Below are positions 18,101 through 29,691 of a stretch of DNA of 64,000 nt, in pieces. The stretch is from Anaerolineae bacterium (lineage in GTDB: Bacteria > Chloroflexota > Anaerolineae > B4-G1 > SLSP01): contig JAFGFB010000199.1 in assembly GCA_016931315.1 (NCBI GenBank), positions 882 through 64,881 of the forward strand, read 5' to 3'. A program made the position numbers and the translations under genes. Every line of letters starts with the position of its first letter. Positions within the stretch are counted from its first letter, which is position 1. The notes beneath the pieces were generated by a model, which was not told the DNA's origin, ran no database searches, and saw nothing but the letters and a program-made list of their open reading frames with translations.

Positions 18101-19489
18101 CGACAGTTCCGCGTTGACTTATTGCGTGGTGTCTCACAGGCTAATGAAGAAGTGGATTTGTGGTTGGCGCAGTTGGAGCGTGGAGGACTGCTGCGCTCAA
18201 CTGAGACGGGGGACATGCCCACTTACGCTTTCCCAGATACTCTGGTCCAGGAGGTAGCCTACGACAGCATTTTGGTACAGAATCGCAGTCAGTGGCATCG
18301 TCGAGTGGGTGAGGCGTTAGAGGCATTAAGCGAGGATGGTTCGGTACAACTACAGCAGTTGCTGGCATATCATTTCAGTCGCAGTGATGATGGCGCAAAA
18401 GCAGTCAAGTATTTGCAACTGGCAGCAAAACAGGCTCGCGAAGACTACGCCAATGAGACAGCAATCGCCTATTATCAGCAGCTTCTGGAATGGCAGCAAA
18501 AAGCCCATGATTTAGCGGGGCAGGCACAGGCGCGCTATGCGATGGGGGTTATGGCTTATGAAATCGGCGATTATGACCGAGCGACCCCATGGTTGGAGGA
18601 GGCGACCGCGCTCTACCGGCAACTGGAGGATGAAGCCAATGAGGCGTGGAGTGCTATGTATCAGGGAATGGTGGCTCTGAAGCGGGGTTTCTATGCGGAA
18701 GCGACGGTGTATCACCAGCGTGCGCTGGAGCTGGCTCGAAAGCGTGCTGACGGATTCCAGGAAGGTATTCACCTGACTAACCTGGCGCGGGTGACGCTGC
18801 GTTTGGGCGATTATCCGCAAGCCTTGGAACAATTCCATGCCTCTTTGGCTTTGAAGCAGCAGAACGCCGATGTGACTGGACAGGCCTTTGCCTGGTTCTA
18901 TTTGGGATTGACCCATCTCTTCTGTGGTCAGTATGAAGCTGCGGGTGAGGCTTTCGAGGCCTCGTTGGCATTATGGCAGCAAGTGCCCAAGAATGAACGC
19001 GGTGTCTCCTATTGTCAGTATGGGTTGGGGCTGTTGGCATTGCAGCAAGAACGTTATGCTGAGGCTGTCGGCTATTTCCGGCGCGCGCATGCCACCAGTG
19101 TCAAGTTAGTGTTGAAGGCAGAGATTATCGAGAATCTCTCCTTTCTGGGACGCGCAGAATTGGGGTTGGGGCACTGTGAGGCAGCTCTGGCAGTCTCAAA
19201 AGAGGCGATAGACTTGTTGCGTACTCAGCGTGACGTCGAGGCTGTTCAGAGCATTTATCTGAACCATTTTACCATTCTGAGCGCCTGCGGCGCCCCTGAT
19301 GCCACAATGGCATTGATGAAGGCCCATGAGATTGTGATGGAGCAGGCGCAACATCTTGAGACTGAATTTGCACGGGCGCGATTTTTAGAGCAGATTCCTG
19401 CAAACCGGGAGATTCTGTTGGAGGCGCAGCACCAGGGGGATTTACCACCGCATACTCCACTTTCCCCTGTGTCTGACGCGAGCGCTTGA
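15179..19489 (+). CDS. Double zinc-ribbon + tandem class III cyclase domains + STAND/AAA ATPase + TPR repeats
   Basis: N-terminus CSACGNLNPGTARFCMYCGA...CARCFTLLPVEARYCFHCGA (two zinc ribbons). Cyclase domains (VFLFGDVSGFTPLSERL...KFGGDALLGLF; VTVMFVNYVGISDL...RLVIFFGAPRAHEDDPVRAV...EYTLMGDDINMAARLM). P-loop GNSGLGKSRLL and LLIALDDLHWADEASL. Clear TPR-like repeats near the C-terminus. GGGGAGG RBS before the ATG at 15179. Confidence 0.85.
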   Translation: MQCSACGNLNPGTARFCMYCGAALVKGKVCARCFTLLPVEARYCFHCGAFQGESEGLSPTPVTPAASTTSRVSPVVSIPREPIMSEAEPVASLDVALPPERSLEALRNDLRRYLPDSLYEPLERRPKDRDILAVRDHLSALLSTVKTYLPGPVVLAPQPAGEPAGGMLQGVFLFGDVSGFTPLSERLKPLGHEGAERITGIINALFSQLVRVLFAHGGTLLKFGGDALLGLFPAGNKAELAAGVLRATQAALEMQAVMKRDEFAAIDALGETQALKIKCGISAGPYFAAHIGTSPQPDSGDLGSMAYVTTGHTVNLAEECEGHANPGEVVLPTAVCTLVEGQLETAPVTKSPDPAFFRVSKVLVALPEVPEQLFAAEPPEGSPLAQITYLADRLNRLTPYLSVELLSRIALNPRDARIAPDHRPVTVMFVNYVGISDLIEDLGESHPQIIVEQLNAYFMWMAQVVEKYEGALARMDQYAVGDRLVIFFGAPRAHEDDPVRAVYTALEMQALTRERFSALQTPFGIYRFRQRIGINTGTLFAGNVGASDLRQEYTLMGDDINMAARLMSYAEWGKIYISNKTEERVRPFFELSDRFDLKVKGKAILIPTYKVLGPRDEVGPTRGLESGESPLIGRQEALAQLQQVGQRFLGGRGQIVALLGNSGLGKSRLLRELQRWYAGQPEAAELRWIEARPFSFSEHINYWLAREMLRTMLGLAPDADENEILFQLWEQTESLLGKEKAREIAPFLAYLMNLPLEGVWAQEVKDLSPQVRQKEILWAAREFFSAAARRGPLLIALDDLHWADEASLALVETLLAVTDQAPLLFCLASRPTRDKRSWQLRNVAAGNFPHRYTEVQLQPLLREQSQSLLQALLPGAQFSEATLVDIFDKSAGNPFYLEEVVRSLIESGAVAPEAVPLSGVEGAESKAQSLRRWHVTSRIEQITVPTSLHAAIVSRIDRLTEDARQGLQMAAVLGRQFRVDLLRGVSQANEEVDLWLAQLERGGLLRSTETGDMPTYAFPDTLVQEVAYDSILVQNRSQWHRRVGEALEALSEDGSVQLQQLLAYHFSRSDDGAKAVKYLQLAAKQAREDYANETAIAYYQQLLEWQQKAHDLAGQAQARYAMGVMAYEIGDYDRATPWLEEATALYRQLEDEANEAWSAMYQGMVALKRGFYAEATVYHQRALELARKRADGFQEGIHLTNLARVTLRLGDYPQALEQFHASLALKQQNADVTGQAFAWFYLGLTHLFCGQYEAAGEAFEASLALWQQVPKNERGVSYCQYGLGLLALQQERYAEAVGYFRRAHATSVKLVLKAEIIENLSFLGRAELGLGHCEAALAVSKEAIDLLRTQRDVEAVQSIYLNHFTILSACGAPDATMALMKAHEIVMEQAQHLETEFARARFLEQIPANREILLEAQHQGDLPPHTPLSPVSDASA

Positions 19490-19749
19490 AGCTGTTGTCC
19501 CTGGCATGAAAGGCACGCTACTTTTTGAGGGCACCTTTTAACCTGGTGCAAAGTAAGGCGATTTACGCGCAAATGTTCTTCCTTTGAGTGTTTTTGCGGC
19601 GGGGTGCGACCATGTCGCAAAACACCATTTTCTCCCGCGTCTGTAGGGCGTCTGAAACTATCGTTTGTGACTGGAATACACCCCACTTTTTTGTGAATGC
19701 TCAGGTTCCCGTAGCGGGGCGCGAGTTTTGGGCTAGAACCTGTTCAAAA

Positions 19750-19808
19750 GCGTGTTTTGGGTTGCCGCGCTAAATGCCGTACTCGGCGCCGCGGCAACCA
19801 AAACACGC
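19750..19808 (+). promoter_or_regulatory. Long near-perfect inverted repeat (19-20 bp arms, ~20-nt spacer) in the cyclase/rpoC intergenic region
   Basis: GCGTGTTTTGGGTTGCCGCG at 19750-19769 pairs with CGCGGCAACCAAAACACGC at 19790-19808, with one bulged G. No U-tract follows, so it is not a canonical intrinsic terminator. It is either a factor-binding palindrome or a stable RNA hairpin. Confidence 0.4.
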
Positions 19809-19882
19809 TCCGAAATTGCGACTTCAGTTGCCTTTTGTCATGGCAAGCGGGGAACGTTGAATACTGACACTTTTTTCGATGG

Positions 19883-19910
19883 TTGACTTTTGAATAGATG
19901 CGGCTATAAT
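19883..19910 (+). promoter_or_regulatory. Sigma-70-type promoter TTGACT-16-TATAAT for rpoC
   Basis: -35 TTGACT at 19883-19888 and -10 TATAAT at 19905-19910, about 130 nt upstream of the rpoC ATG. The leader contains a perfect 18-bp palindrome TATGGCTCGCGAGCCATA at 19998-20015. Confidence 0.5.
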
Positions 19911-20041
19911 ATTCATTCGCCTATGACAACGGAAAGACACGTGGATGCGGAAGCGCTGAGAAGCCCGGAAGGGTTCTCGGACGCTTCTTTTGTGCTGTAT
20001 GGCTCGCGAGCCATATTCTTTGAGGGTCGTTTGAGACCATT

Positions 20042-24346
<4,305 letters not shown>

Positions 24347-24397
24347 GTGTATCTGTCTGGGGTAAGCGCGTTGCGTTGCCCCAAGCATGATCCTGCA

Positions 24398-24427
24398 AGG
24401 GGCGACAACATCTGTCGCCCCTTTTTG
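24398..24427 (+). terminator. Rho-independent terminator after rpoC
   Basis: AGGGGCGACA / loop ACATC / TGTCGCCCCT forms a 10-bp GC-rich stem. A TTTTT run follows at 24422-24426. Confidence 0.7.
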
Positions 24428-24458
24428 CAACCTTGACACAAACCATGCGTATTAGAAG

Positions 24459-25082
24459 ATGAGGGATGAGGCTGTGACCGAACAAGAATGGATCATGGCG
24501 GCCATGCACGGAGAAGAGTCTGCGATCAGCTGGTTGGTGGAAGCCTACCAGCCGATGGTGTTTGGTCTGTGTTATCGTATGTTGGGCAGCCCCACTGATG
24601 CTGAGGATGCTGCGCAGGATGCCCTGGTGAAGGCAGTGATGAGCCTGCAATCCTTCGATTTGGAGCGTCCTTTCAAACCCTGGGTGTTGCGAATCGCCTC
24701 AAACCTCTGTACCGATCGTTTGCGCCGACGACGCCCGGAAGTTTCTCTGGATGGTATGGGAGATGATGGCGCCTGGGAGTGGCAGGCTGGCTCTGATCCC
24801 AGTCCGGAGCAACAGCTGGAAGCGCGTGAGCGGCAAAAGGCGATACAGGTTCTCTTGGAGACACTATCGCCTGTGGATCGTCTGGTGGTGACCTTGTATT
24901 ACTGGCAGGACCTTTCCTATGAAGAGATCGCCGAAGCGACGCATTTGAGTGTCTCGGCGGTGAAATCGCGGCTGTTCCGCGCGCGGCGTGGCATGGCGGA
25001 ATGTTGGGCACAAAACCAGGATGATGAGGGTAGTTATTGTAATAGTGGAATGCGGGAGGCGCATTATGTGGGACATGCATAG
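24459..25082 (+). CDS. ECF-type RNA polymerase sigma-70 factor
   Basis: Region 2 (LVEAYQPMVFGLCYRMLGSPTDAEDAAQDALVKAVMSL...FKPWVLRIASNLCTDRLRR) and region 4 (LSYEEIAEATHLSVSAVKSRLFRARRGM) are both present. About 200 aa, typical ECF length. Confidence 0.85.
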   Translation: MRDEAVTEQEWIMAAMHGEESAISWLVEAYQPMVFGLCYRMLGSPTDAEDAAQDALVKAVMSLQSFDLERPFKPWVLRIASNLCTDRLRRRRPEVSLDGMGDDGAWEWQAGSDPSPEQQLEARERQKAIQVLLETLSPVDRLVVTLYYWQDLSYEEIAEATHLSVSAVKSRLFRARRGMAECWAQNQDDEGSYCNSGMREAHYVGHA

Positions 25083-25599
25083 TGAAGCATGGTGGATCAA
25101 GGTGTTGGATGGGGACCTGACCCCACCTGAGCAAGCGCTCTGGGAACAGCATCTCAGCGAATGTCCAACCTGCCGAGCGGAATGGGCCGCGCTGGCGCAG
25201 CTGGAAATGGTCTTGCGTGTGGCGCCTGTGCCTGTGCCACCAGCAGACCTGGCTGCGAAGACGACTGCGCGCGCGGTACTGATGCGCCGGCAGCGGCGGT
25301 TGTGGATGCTGCTGGGCATATCGTTTTTAACGGTGTTGCTCGGAGCGGGTGTTGTGGTCGCGCTGGGTACGGTCTACTGGGATTTTAACCGTTTGCTTGC
25401 GGCGATGGTTTTCTCAAAGGATATGCTATTGCAGGTGTTGATGCGGACGTTAGTGGGCTTGATGGTGGCAGGGCGTTCGTTCTCGCCCTTGGTGTTGGCG
25501 CTTGCTGCCGGACTGTTGTTCCTGTTCATGCCGCATGGCGTTCTGGCGACAGTTGCGGTCGTGATGGTGCGCCGGCAACGGGGTGTGGCAGAGGCATAA
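25066..25599 (+). CDS. Putative zinc-finger anti-sigma factor (single-pass/multi-TM) overlapping the sigma gene
   Basis: HLSECPTCRAEWAAL is the ZAS-type HxxxCxxC motif. Hydrophobic transmembrane segments follow. Its start overlaps the 3' end of the ECF sigma gene, the classic sigma/anti-sigma arrangement. The exact start is uncertain (25066 or 25075). Confidence 0.6.
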   Translation: MWDMHSEAWWIKVLDGDLTPPEQALWEQHLSECPTCRAEWAALAQLEMVLRVAPVPVPPADLAAKTTARAVLMRRQRRLWMLLGISFLTVLLGAGVVVALGTVYWDFNRLLAAMVFSKDMLLQVLMRTLVGLMVAGRSFSPLVLALAAGLLFLFMPHGVLATVAVVMVRRQRGVAEA

Positions 25600-25644
25600 G
25601 CCTGATTTCCCTGATTCACGCTGAGTCTTCTGCTTGAAGGAGCG

Positions 25645-26616
25645 GTGATGGAAGGTATCGATCTGCAAACGCTTTCCCGAGTGGTGATTATCACCGGCGC
25701 CAGCACTGGCATCGGTGAGGCAACCGCGCGGCGCTTTGCGCGCGAGGGTTGGTGTGTGGTGCTCGCTGCGCGGTCTGAGGCGAAGCTAACGCGGTTGCAG
25801 GTTGCCATCGAGGCTCAAGGCGGGCGGGCTTTGGCTGTGCGGGCAGATGTCACACAGCAAGAGGATGTGGCCCGGATCGTTGAGCGGGCGCTGGCTGCCT
25901 TTGGGCGCATTGATGTGTTGATCAACAACGCCGGTGTAGGTATTTCTGGCACGCTAGACTCACTGGGTCTGGATGTGTTTGAGTATGCACTCAAGTTGAA
26001 TGTCCTTGCACCCATCGCCATGTTGCAAGCGGTGTTTCCAACGATGAAGCGCCAGGGTAGCGGGGTCATTGTCAATGTGTCCTCGATGATTGAGGCTGTT
26101 GCGGTGCCCTACATGGCAGGTTATGGCGCGAGTAAGGCGGCGCTTGGATACCTTTCGGATGCGGCGGCAATCGAGCTGGATGAATACAACATTGCCGTGA
26201 TCCGGGTGTTGCCGGGGATGACAGAAACGAACTTTAACGCGAATTTGCTCAAGACCGGTGAGGCGACCTCGCTAGAGACGTTGTTTGAGCGCGCGGGTTT
26301 GCTCAAGTCGGTATCGCCAGAGCGGGTTGCCGATGCTATTTGGGAAGCCGTACTTTCACGCCGCCGCCTCACTTACGTGACGGTGGAGGATGGCTTGTTG
26401 GTGCAAACTGCCAGTGTCAATCCGGGTGTCACGAACCGTTTTTTGCGTTTTGCTGTTCGCCGCTATGCGCCGCGTAAGGGAACGGCGAGTGGCGTTTCGG
26501 TTAAGGCGGATATCGTTCGCCTTGAGCGGGTAGCCGGATTGCTGCTCGCTGCTGCGGCACTTGGAACTGGTGTGTGGTTAGCAAGGAGAGGCCGAAGCGA
26601 AAGTGCTTCTGCTTAG
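25645..26616 (+). CDS. SDR-family short-chain dehydrogenase/reductase with C-terminal membrane anchor
   Basis: TGASTGIGEATARRFAREG (TGxxxGxG cofactor motif), NNAG, and the catalytic YMAGYGASK (YxxxK). The C-terminal hydrophobic stretch is VAGLLLAAAALGTGVWLA. Confidence 0.85.
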   Translation: MMEGIDLQTLSRVVIITGASTGIGEATARRFAREGWCVVLAARSEAKLTRLQVAIEAQGGRALAVRADVTQQEDVARIVERALAAFGRIDVLINNAGVGISGTLDSLGLDVFEYALKLNVLAPIAMLQAVFPTMKRQGSGVIVNVSSMIEAVAVPYMAGYGASKAALGYLSDAAAIELDEYNIAVIRVLPGMTETNFNANLLKTGEATSLETLFERAGLLKSVSPERVADAIWEAVLSRRRLTYVTVEDGLLVQTASVNPGVTNRFLRFAVRRYAPRKGTASGVSVKADIVRLERVAGLLLAAAALGTGVWLARRGRSESASA

Positions 26617-26653
26617 ATTTGTGTCTCAAAAAGCATTAGAAGAGGAGGCAATC

Positions 26654-27847
26654 ATGTTGAAGCGATGGGTTCATGCAAGTCTGTTGGCTTTGTTGCTGCT
26701 GATGATGGCTTTGCCCGTTTGGGCGGTGCAGGGGGGAATCGGTGGTGTTCACTTTGGTCCGTACAATCTGGCAGCAGAGGATAGCGTCACCGGTGATCTG
26801 GTGGTTTTCGGTCCAGTGACGCTGGGGCGCGACTCAAGCCTTACCGGTGATCTGGCGGCTTTTGGCGCACTGGAGATGCGTGAGGGAGCGATTGTGCGCG
26901 GTGATGTGGCGATTTTTGGCGCCGCTACAGTCGCCGGTACAGTTGAGGGTCAGGTTTTCTCTGCCGGGGAATTGGAATTGCGTGCCACTGCACGCGTGGA
27001 AGGCGATGTATCCTCTGCGGGCCAGATTACGCAGGATGAGGGCGCCATTGTCGAAGGCGACATTCAAAAAGTGGACGGCATCGGCGGGTTCAACTGGAAT
27101 TTCCCCTTCAATCCTGGCGACTGGACAGACGGGGACGAGCCTTTGCCCCCTATCGTTGAGGTGCATGCTTCACAACCTTTTTGGCTACAGGTACTCTGGA
27201 AGATGGTGCGTGGTGTTCTGACGATTCTGGCACTGGGGCTATTTGCGCTCTTTTTTGCGAGTCTTTGGCCCCGGCATGTCGAACGCGTGTCGGAAACGCT
27301 TGTCAATGTGCCTCTACCTGCATTTGGCATAGGGCTGTTAGTCCTCATCGGCGCAGGACTGGTTTTCGCGATTCTGGCAATCACGATTTGTCTTAGCCCG
27401 TTTGCGTTGATTGGCGGTATTATTTTGGGCTTAGGCGTTGTCTTGGGTTGGGTGGCGCTAGGCTCGGTACTGGGTGACCGGGTATTGCGTGGATTGTTTA
27501 AGGCCGAGCAGGTTACGCCCGTTGCTGCTGCGATATTGGGTACGGTGTTGCTAACCACCCTGGCCGTACTATTGCATGTGACCTGGGATTGCCTGTACGC
27601 GATTCTCGTCTGGCCGGTGATTGCGTTGGGAACAGGTGCGGTGGCGCTCACACAGTTTGGGACGGTGCCGTACGCGGCGACGGGAAATGTGCGCCCACCT
27701 GTTGCGCCACCAGTAGCCCCGTCGCGTCGCCCAATCGTACCTGCTCCTTCGGCGGTTCCTGCTTCACCTGCACCCGCAGAGCCGGTAGTTCCTGAGGAAT
27801 CGGATTTGGAGGATTTGCCTTCGCCTTTTGGTGAAGATGCGGTCTAA
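26654..27847 (+). CDS. Membrane protein with N-terminal bactofilin-like (polymer-forming, beta-helical) repeats, 4-5 TM helices and Pro-rich C-terminal tail
   Basis: Signal/TM MLKRWVHASLLALLLLMMALPVWA. Repeats GDLVVFGPVTL...GDLAAFGALEM...GDVAIFGAATV...VEGDVSSAGQI...VEGDI resemble bactofilin/CcmA beta-helix units. A hydrophobic block follows. The C-terminus is PPVAPPVAPSRRPIVPAPSAVPASPAPAEPVVPEE. GAGGAGG RBS before 26654. Confidence 0.55.
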   Translation: MLKRWVHASLLALLLLMMALPVWAVQGGIGGVHFGPYNLAAEDSVTGDLVVFGPVTLGRDSSLTGDLAAFGALEMREGAIVRGDVAIFGAATVAGTVEGQVFSAGELELRATARVEGDVSSAGQITQDEGAIVEGDIQKVDGIGGFNWNFPFNPGDWTDGDEPLPPIVEVHASQPFWLQVLWKMVRGVLTILALGLFALFFASLWPRHVERVSETLVNVPLPAFGIGLLVLIGAGLVFAILAITICLSPFALIGGIILGLGVVLGWVALGSVLGDRVLRGLFKAEQVTPVAAAILGTVLLTTLAVLLHVTWDCLYAILVWPVIALGTGAVALTQFGTVPYAATGNVRPPVAPPVAPSRRPIVPAPSAVPASPAPAEPVVPEESDLEDLPSPFGEDAV

Positions 27848-27853
27848 AATAAA

Positions 27854-27897
27854 GCGCAGTAGCGGCGCAGTAGCGGTGCAATAGCGGCGCATTAGCG
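27854..27897. repeat. Four imperfect 11-bp tandem repeats
   Basis: GCGCAGTAGCG / GCGCAGTAGCG / GTGCAATAGCG / GCGCATTAGCG. They lie directly after the stop of the bactofilin-like gene, between convergent genes. Confidence 0.5.
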
Positions 27898-27916
27898 CGG
27901 GCGCGTAATGCATAAG

Positions 27917-27962
27917 AGGCGCCGGGTTTCCCCTTCAAACGGGAAACCCGGCGCCTCGTTTT
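27917..27962 (+). terminator. Intrinsic terminator (16-bp stem) between convergent genes
   Basis: AGGCGCCGGGTTTCCC / loop CTTCAAAC / GGGAAACCCGGCGCCT forms a perfect 16-bp stem. CGTTTT follows on the + strand. Confidence 0.6.
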
Positions 27963-27975
27963 ACAAGCGCGGTTG

Positions 27976-29634
27976 TTATTGTGCCGCTACACCCGCGGCA
28001 ACGAAAGCCGCATTGACGATGGCACGAGCCTCCTCCTGAATTCGGCGCAGATGCTCCGGTCCTCGAAAGCTCTCGGCGTAGATTTTGTAGACATCCTCAG
28101 TGCCAGAGGGGCGAGCGGCGAACCAGCCCTGATCTGTGACGACTTTCAGCCCTCCGATGGCGGCGTTATTGCCTGGCGCACGGGTAAGCTTGGCAATGAT
28201 GGGATCGCCGGCCAGGGTTTCCGCCTGCACCAGCTCTGGCGAGAGGTCCTTAAGCACGGCCCGTTGGGGCGCTGAAGCGGGGGCATCAATCCGTTCGTAG
28301 TTGGGGCTGCCGAAAAGCGTTTCGAGATCGTGGTAATGTTTCCCCGGGTCTTTACCTGTGGTAGCCGTGATCTCGGCTGAAAGCAGGTTCAGGATCAGGC
28401 CGTCCTTGTCTGTTGTCCAGACGGTGCCGTCCCGCCGCAGGAACGAGGCGCCGGCGCTCTCCTCGCCGCCAAAGCCGAAGGAGCCATCCACCAGGCCCTC
28501 CACGAACCATTTGAAGCCTACGGGAGTCTCGTTGAGCCGGCGTCCCAGGTGCGCGGCAACCCGGTCAATCATCGAGCTGGAGACGAGGGTTTTGCCCACG
28601 GCGGCATCAGCGCGCCAACCTGGGCGATGCTGGAACAGGTAATAGATGGCAACGGCAAGGTAGTGATTGGGATTCATCAACCCTGCACTGGGTGTGACAA
28701 TGCCATGCCGGTCGTAATCGGGGTCGTTGCCGAAAGCGATATCGAAGCGATCTTTGAGTCCGATGAGGCTTGCCATGGCATAGGGCGAGGAACAATCCAT
28801 GCGAATCTTGCCATCCCAGTCAACGGTCATAAAGGCGAATGTGGGGTCTACATAGGGGTTGACGATTTCCATGTTAAGGTGATAGGTTTCTGCAATGCGG
28901 GGCCAGAAAGCGATGCCTGATCCTCCCATGGGGTCCACGCCAATTTTTAACCCGGCAGCGGTGATAGCATCCATATCCACGACGTTGCGCAGGTCTTCCA
29001 CATAGGGGGTGACGTAATCATACGGATGCGTCGTTTCTGCCTTGAGCGCACGTTCGAAGGGGATACGCCGCACGGCATGCAATCCATCTGCGATGATGGC
29101 ATTGGCGCGGGCCTGAATGACCCCTGTGATTTCTGGGTCGGCGGGACCGCCGGTGGGCGGATTGTATTTGAAGCCACCATCGGTAGGGGGATTGTGCGAG
29201 GGAGTGATGACCACACCATCTGCCACAACATTTTTGTGCGTCCGGTTGAAGCTGAGGATCGCGTGTGAGATAACCGGGGTGGGGGTGTAGCCCATGCCTT
29301 CCTGCAGCATGATATCGAGCCCGTTGGCAGCAAAAACCTCGACGGCAGTCATTAATGCGGGTTCGGAGAGGGCGTGCGTATCCATGCCGATAAAGAGCGG
29401 ACCGGTAATGCCCTGCGCTTGCCGGTATTCGGCAATCGCCTGGCTGATAGCTACCACATGGTCCTCGTTGAAGCTGCGTTTGAGTGAGACGCCGCGATGG
29501 CCCGATGTGCCGAAGGAGACCCGCTCTAGTGATTCCGCGGCATTAGGATGGTAAGCGTAATAAGCCGCTACCAGACGGGGAATATTGGTCAGCATCTCTC
29601 GGGGCGCCGGTTTACCTGCTAATGGATGTGCCAT
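27976..29634 (-). CDS. pgm: Phosphoglucomutase, alpha-D-glucose phosphate-specific
   Basis: Near-colinear match to enterobacterial Pgm: FGTSGHRG active-site loop, [36 protein letters not shown], and the C-terminal [19 protein letters not shown]. Confidence 0.9.
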   Translation of the reverse strand: MAHPLAGKPAPREMLTNIPRLVAAYYAYHPNAAESLERVSFGTSGHRGVSLKRSFNEDHVVAISQAIAEYRQAQGITGPLFIGMDTHALSEPALMTAVEVFAANGLDIMLQEGMGYTPTPVISHAILSFNRTHKNVVADGVVITPSHNPPTDGGFKYNPPTGGPADPEITGVIQARANAIIADGLHAVRRIPFERALKAETTHPYDYVTPYVEDLRNVVDMDAITAAGLKIGVDPMGGSGIAFWPRIAETYHLNMEIVNPYVDPTFAFMTVDWDGKIRMDCSSPYAMASLIGLKDRFDIAFGNDPDYDRHGIVTPSAGLMNPNHYLAVAIYYLFQHRPGWRADAAVGKTLVSSSMIDRVAAHLGRRLNETPVGFKWFVEGLVDGSFGFGGEESAGASFLRRDGTVWTTDKDGLILNLLSAEITATTGKDPGKHYHDLETLFGSPNYERIDAPASAPQRAVLKDLSPELVQAETLAGDPIIAKLTRAPGNNAAIGGLKVVTDQGWFAARPSGTEDVYKIYAESFRGPEHLRRIQEEARAIVNAAFVAAGVAAQ

Positions 29635-29691
29635 GATTTTGTTCTCCTTTCCAACTTTATGGTTTGATAGCTAAACGGAGCTTGGGCGCGA

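Noticed and set aside
10332-19489. Possibility that the STAND/TPR giants are antiviral Avs-like defence proteins
   Set aside because: The N-terminal effectors are class III nucleotidyl cyclase domains (signalling enzymes), not nucleases, proteases or TIR/Sir2 modules. A dedicated cNMP receptor is encoded between them, and no phage-defence neighbours (RM, CBASS, toxin genes) are present.
19588-19773. 61-aa ORF in the cyclase/rpoC intergenic region
   Set aside because: No RBS, Cys/Arg-rich composition typical of random high-GC frames. It overlaps the long inverted repeat and is more plausibly non-coding regulatory sequence.
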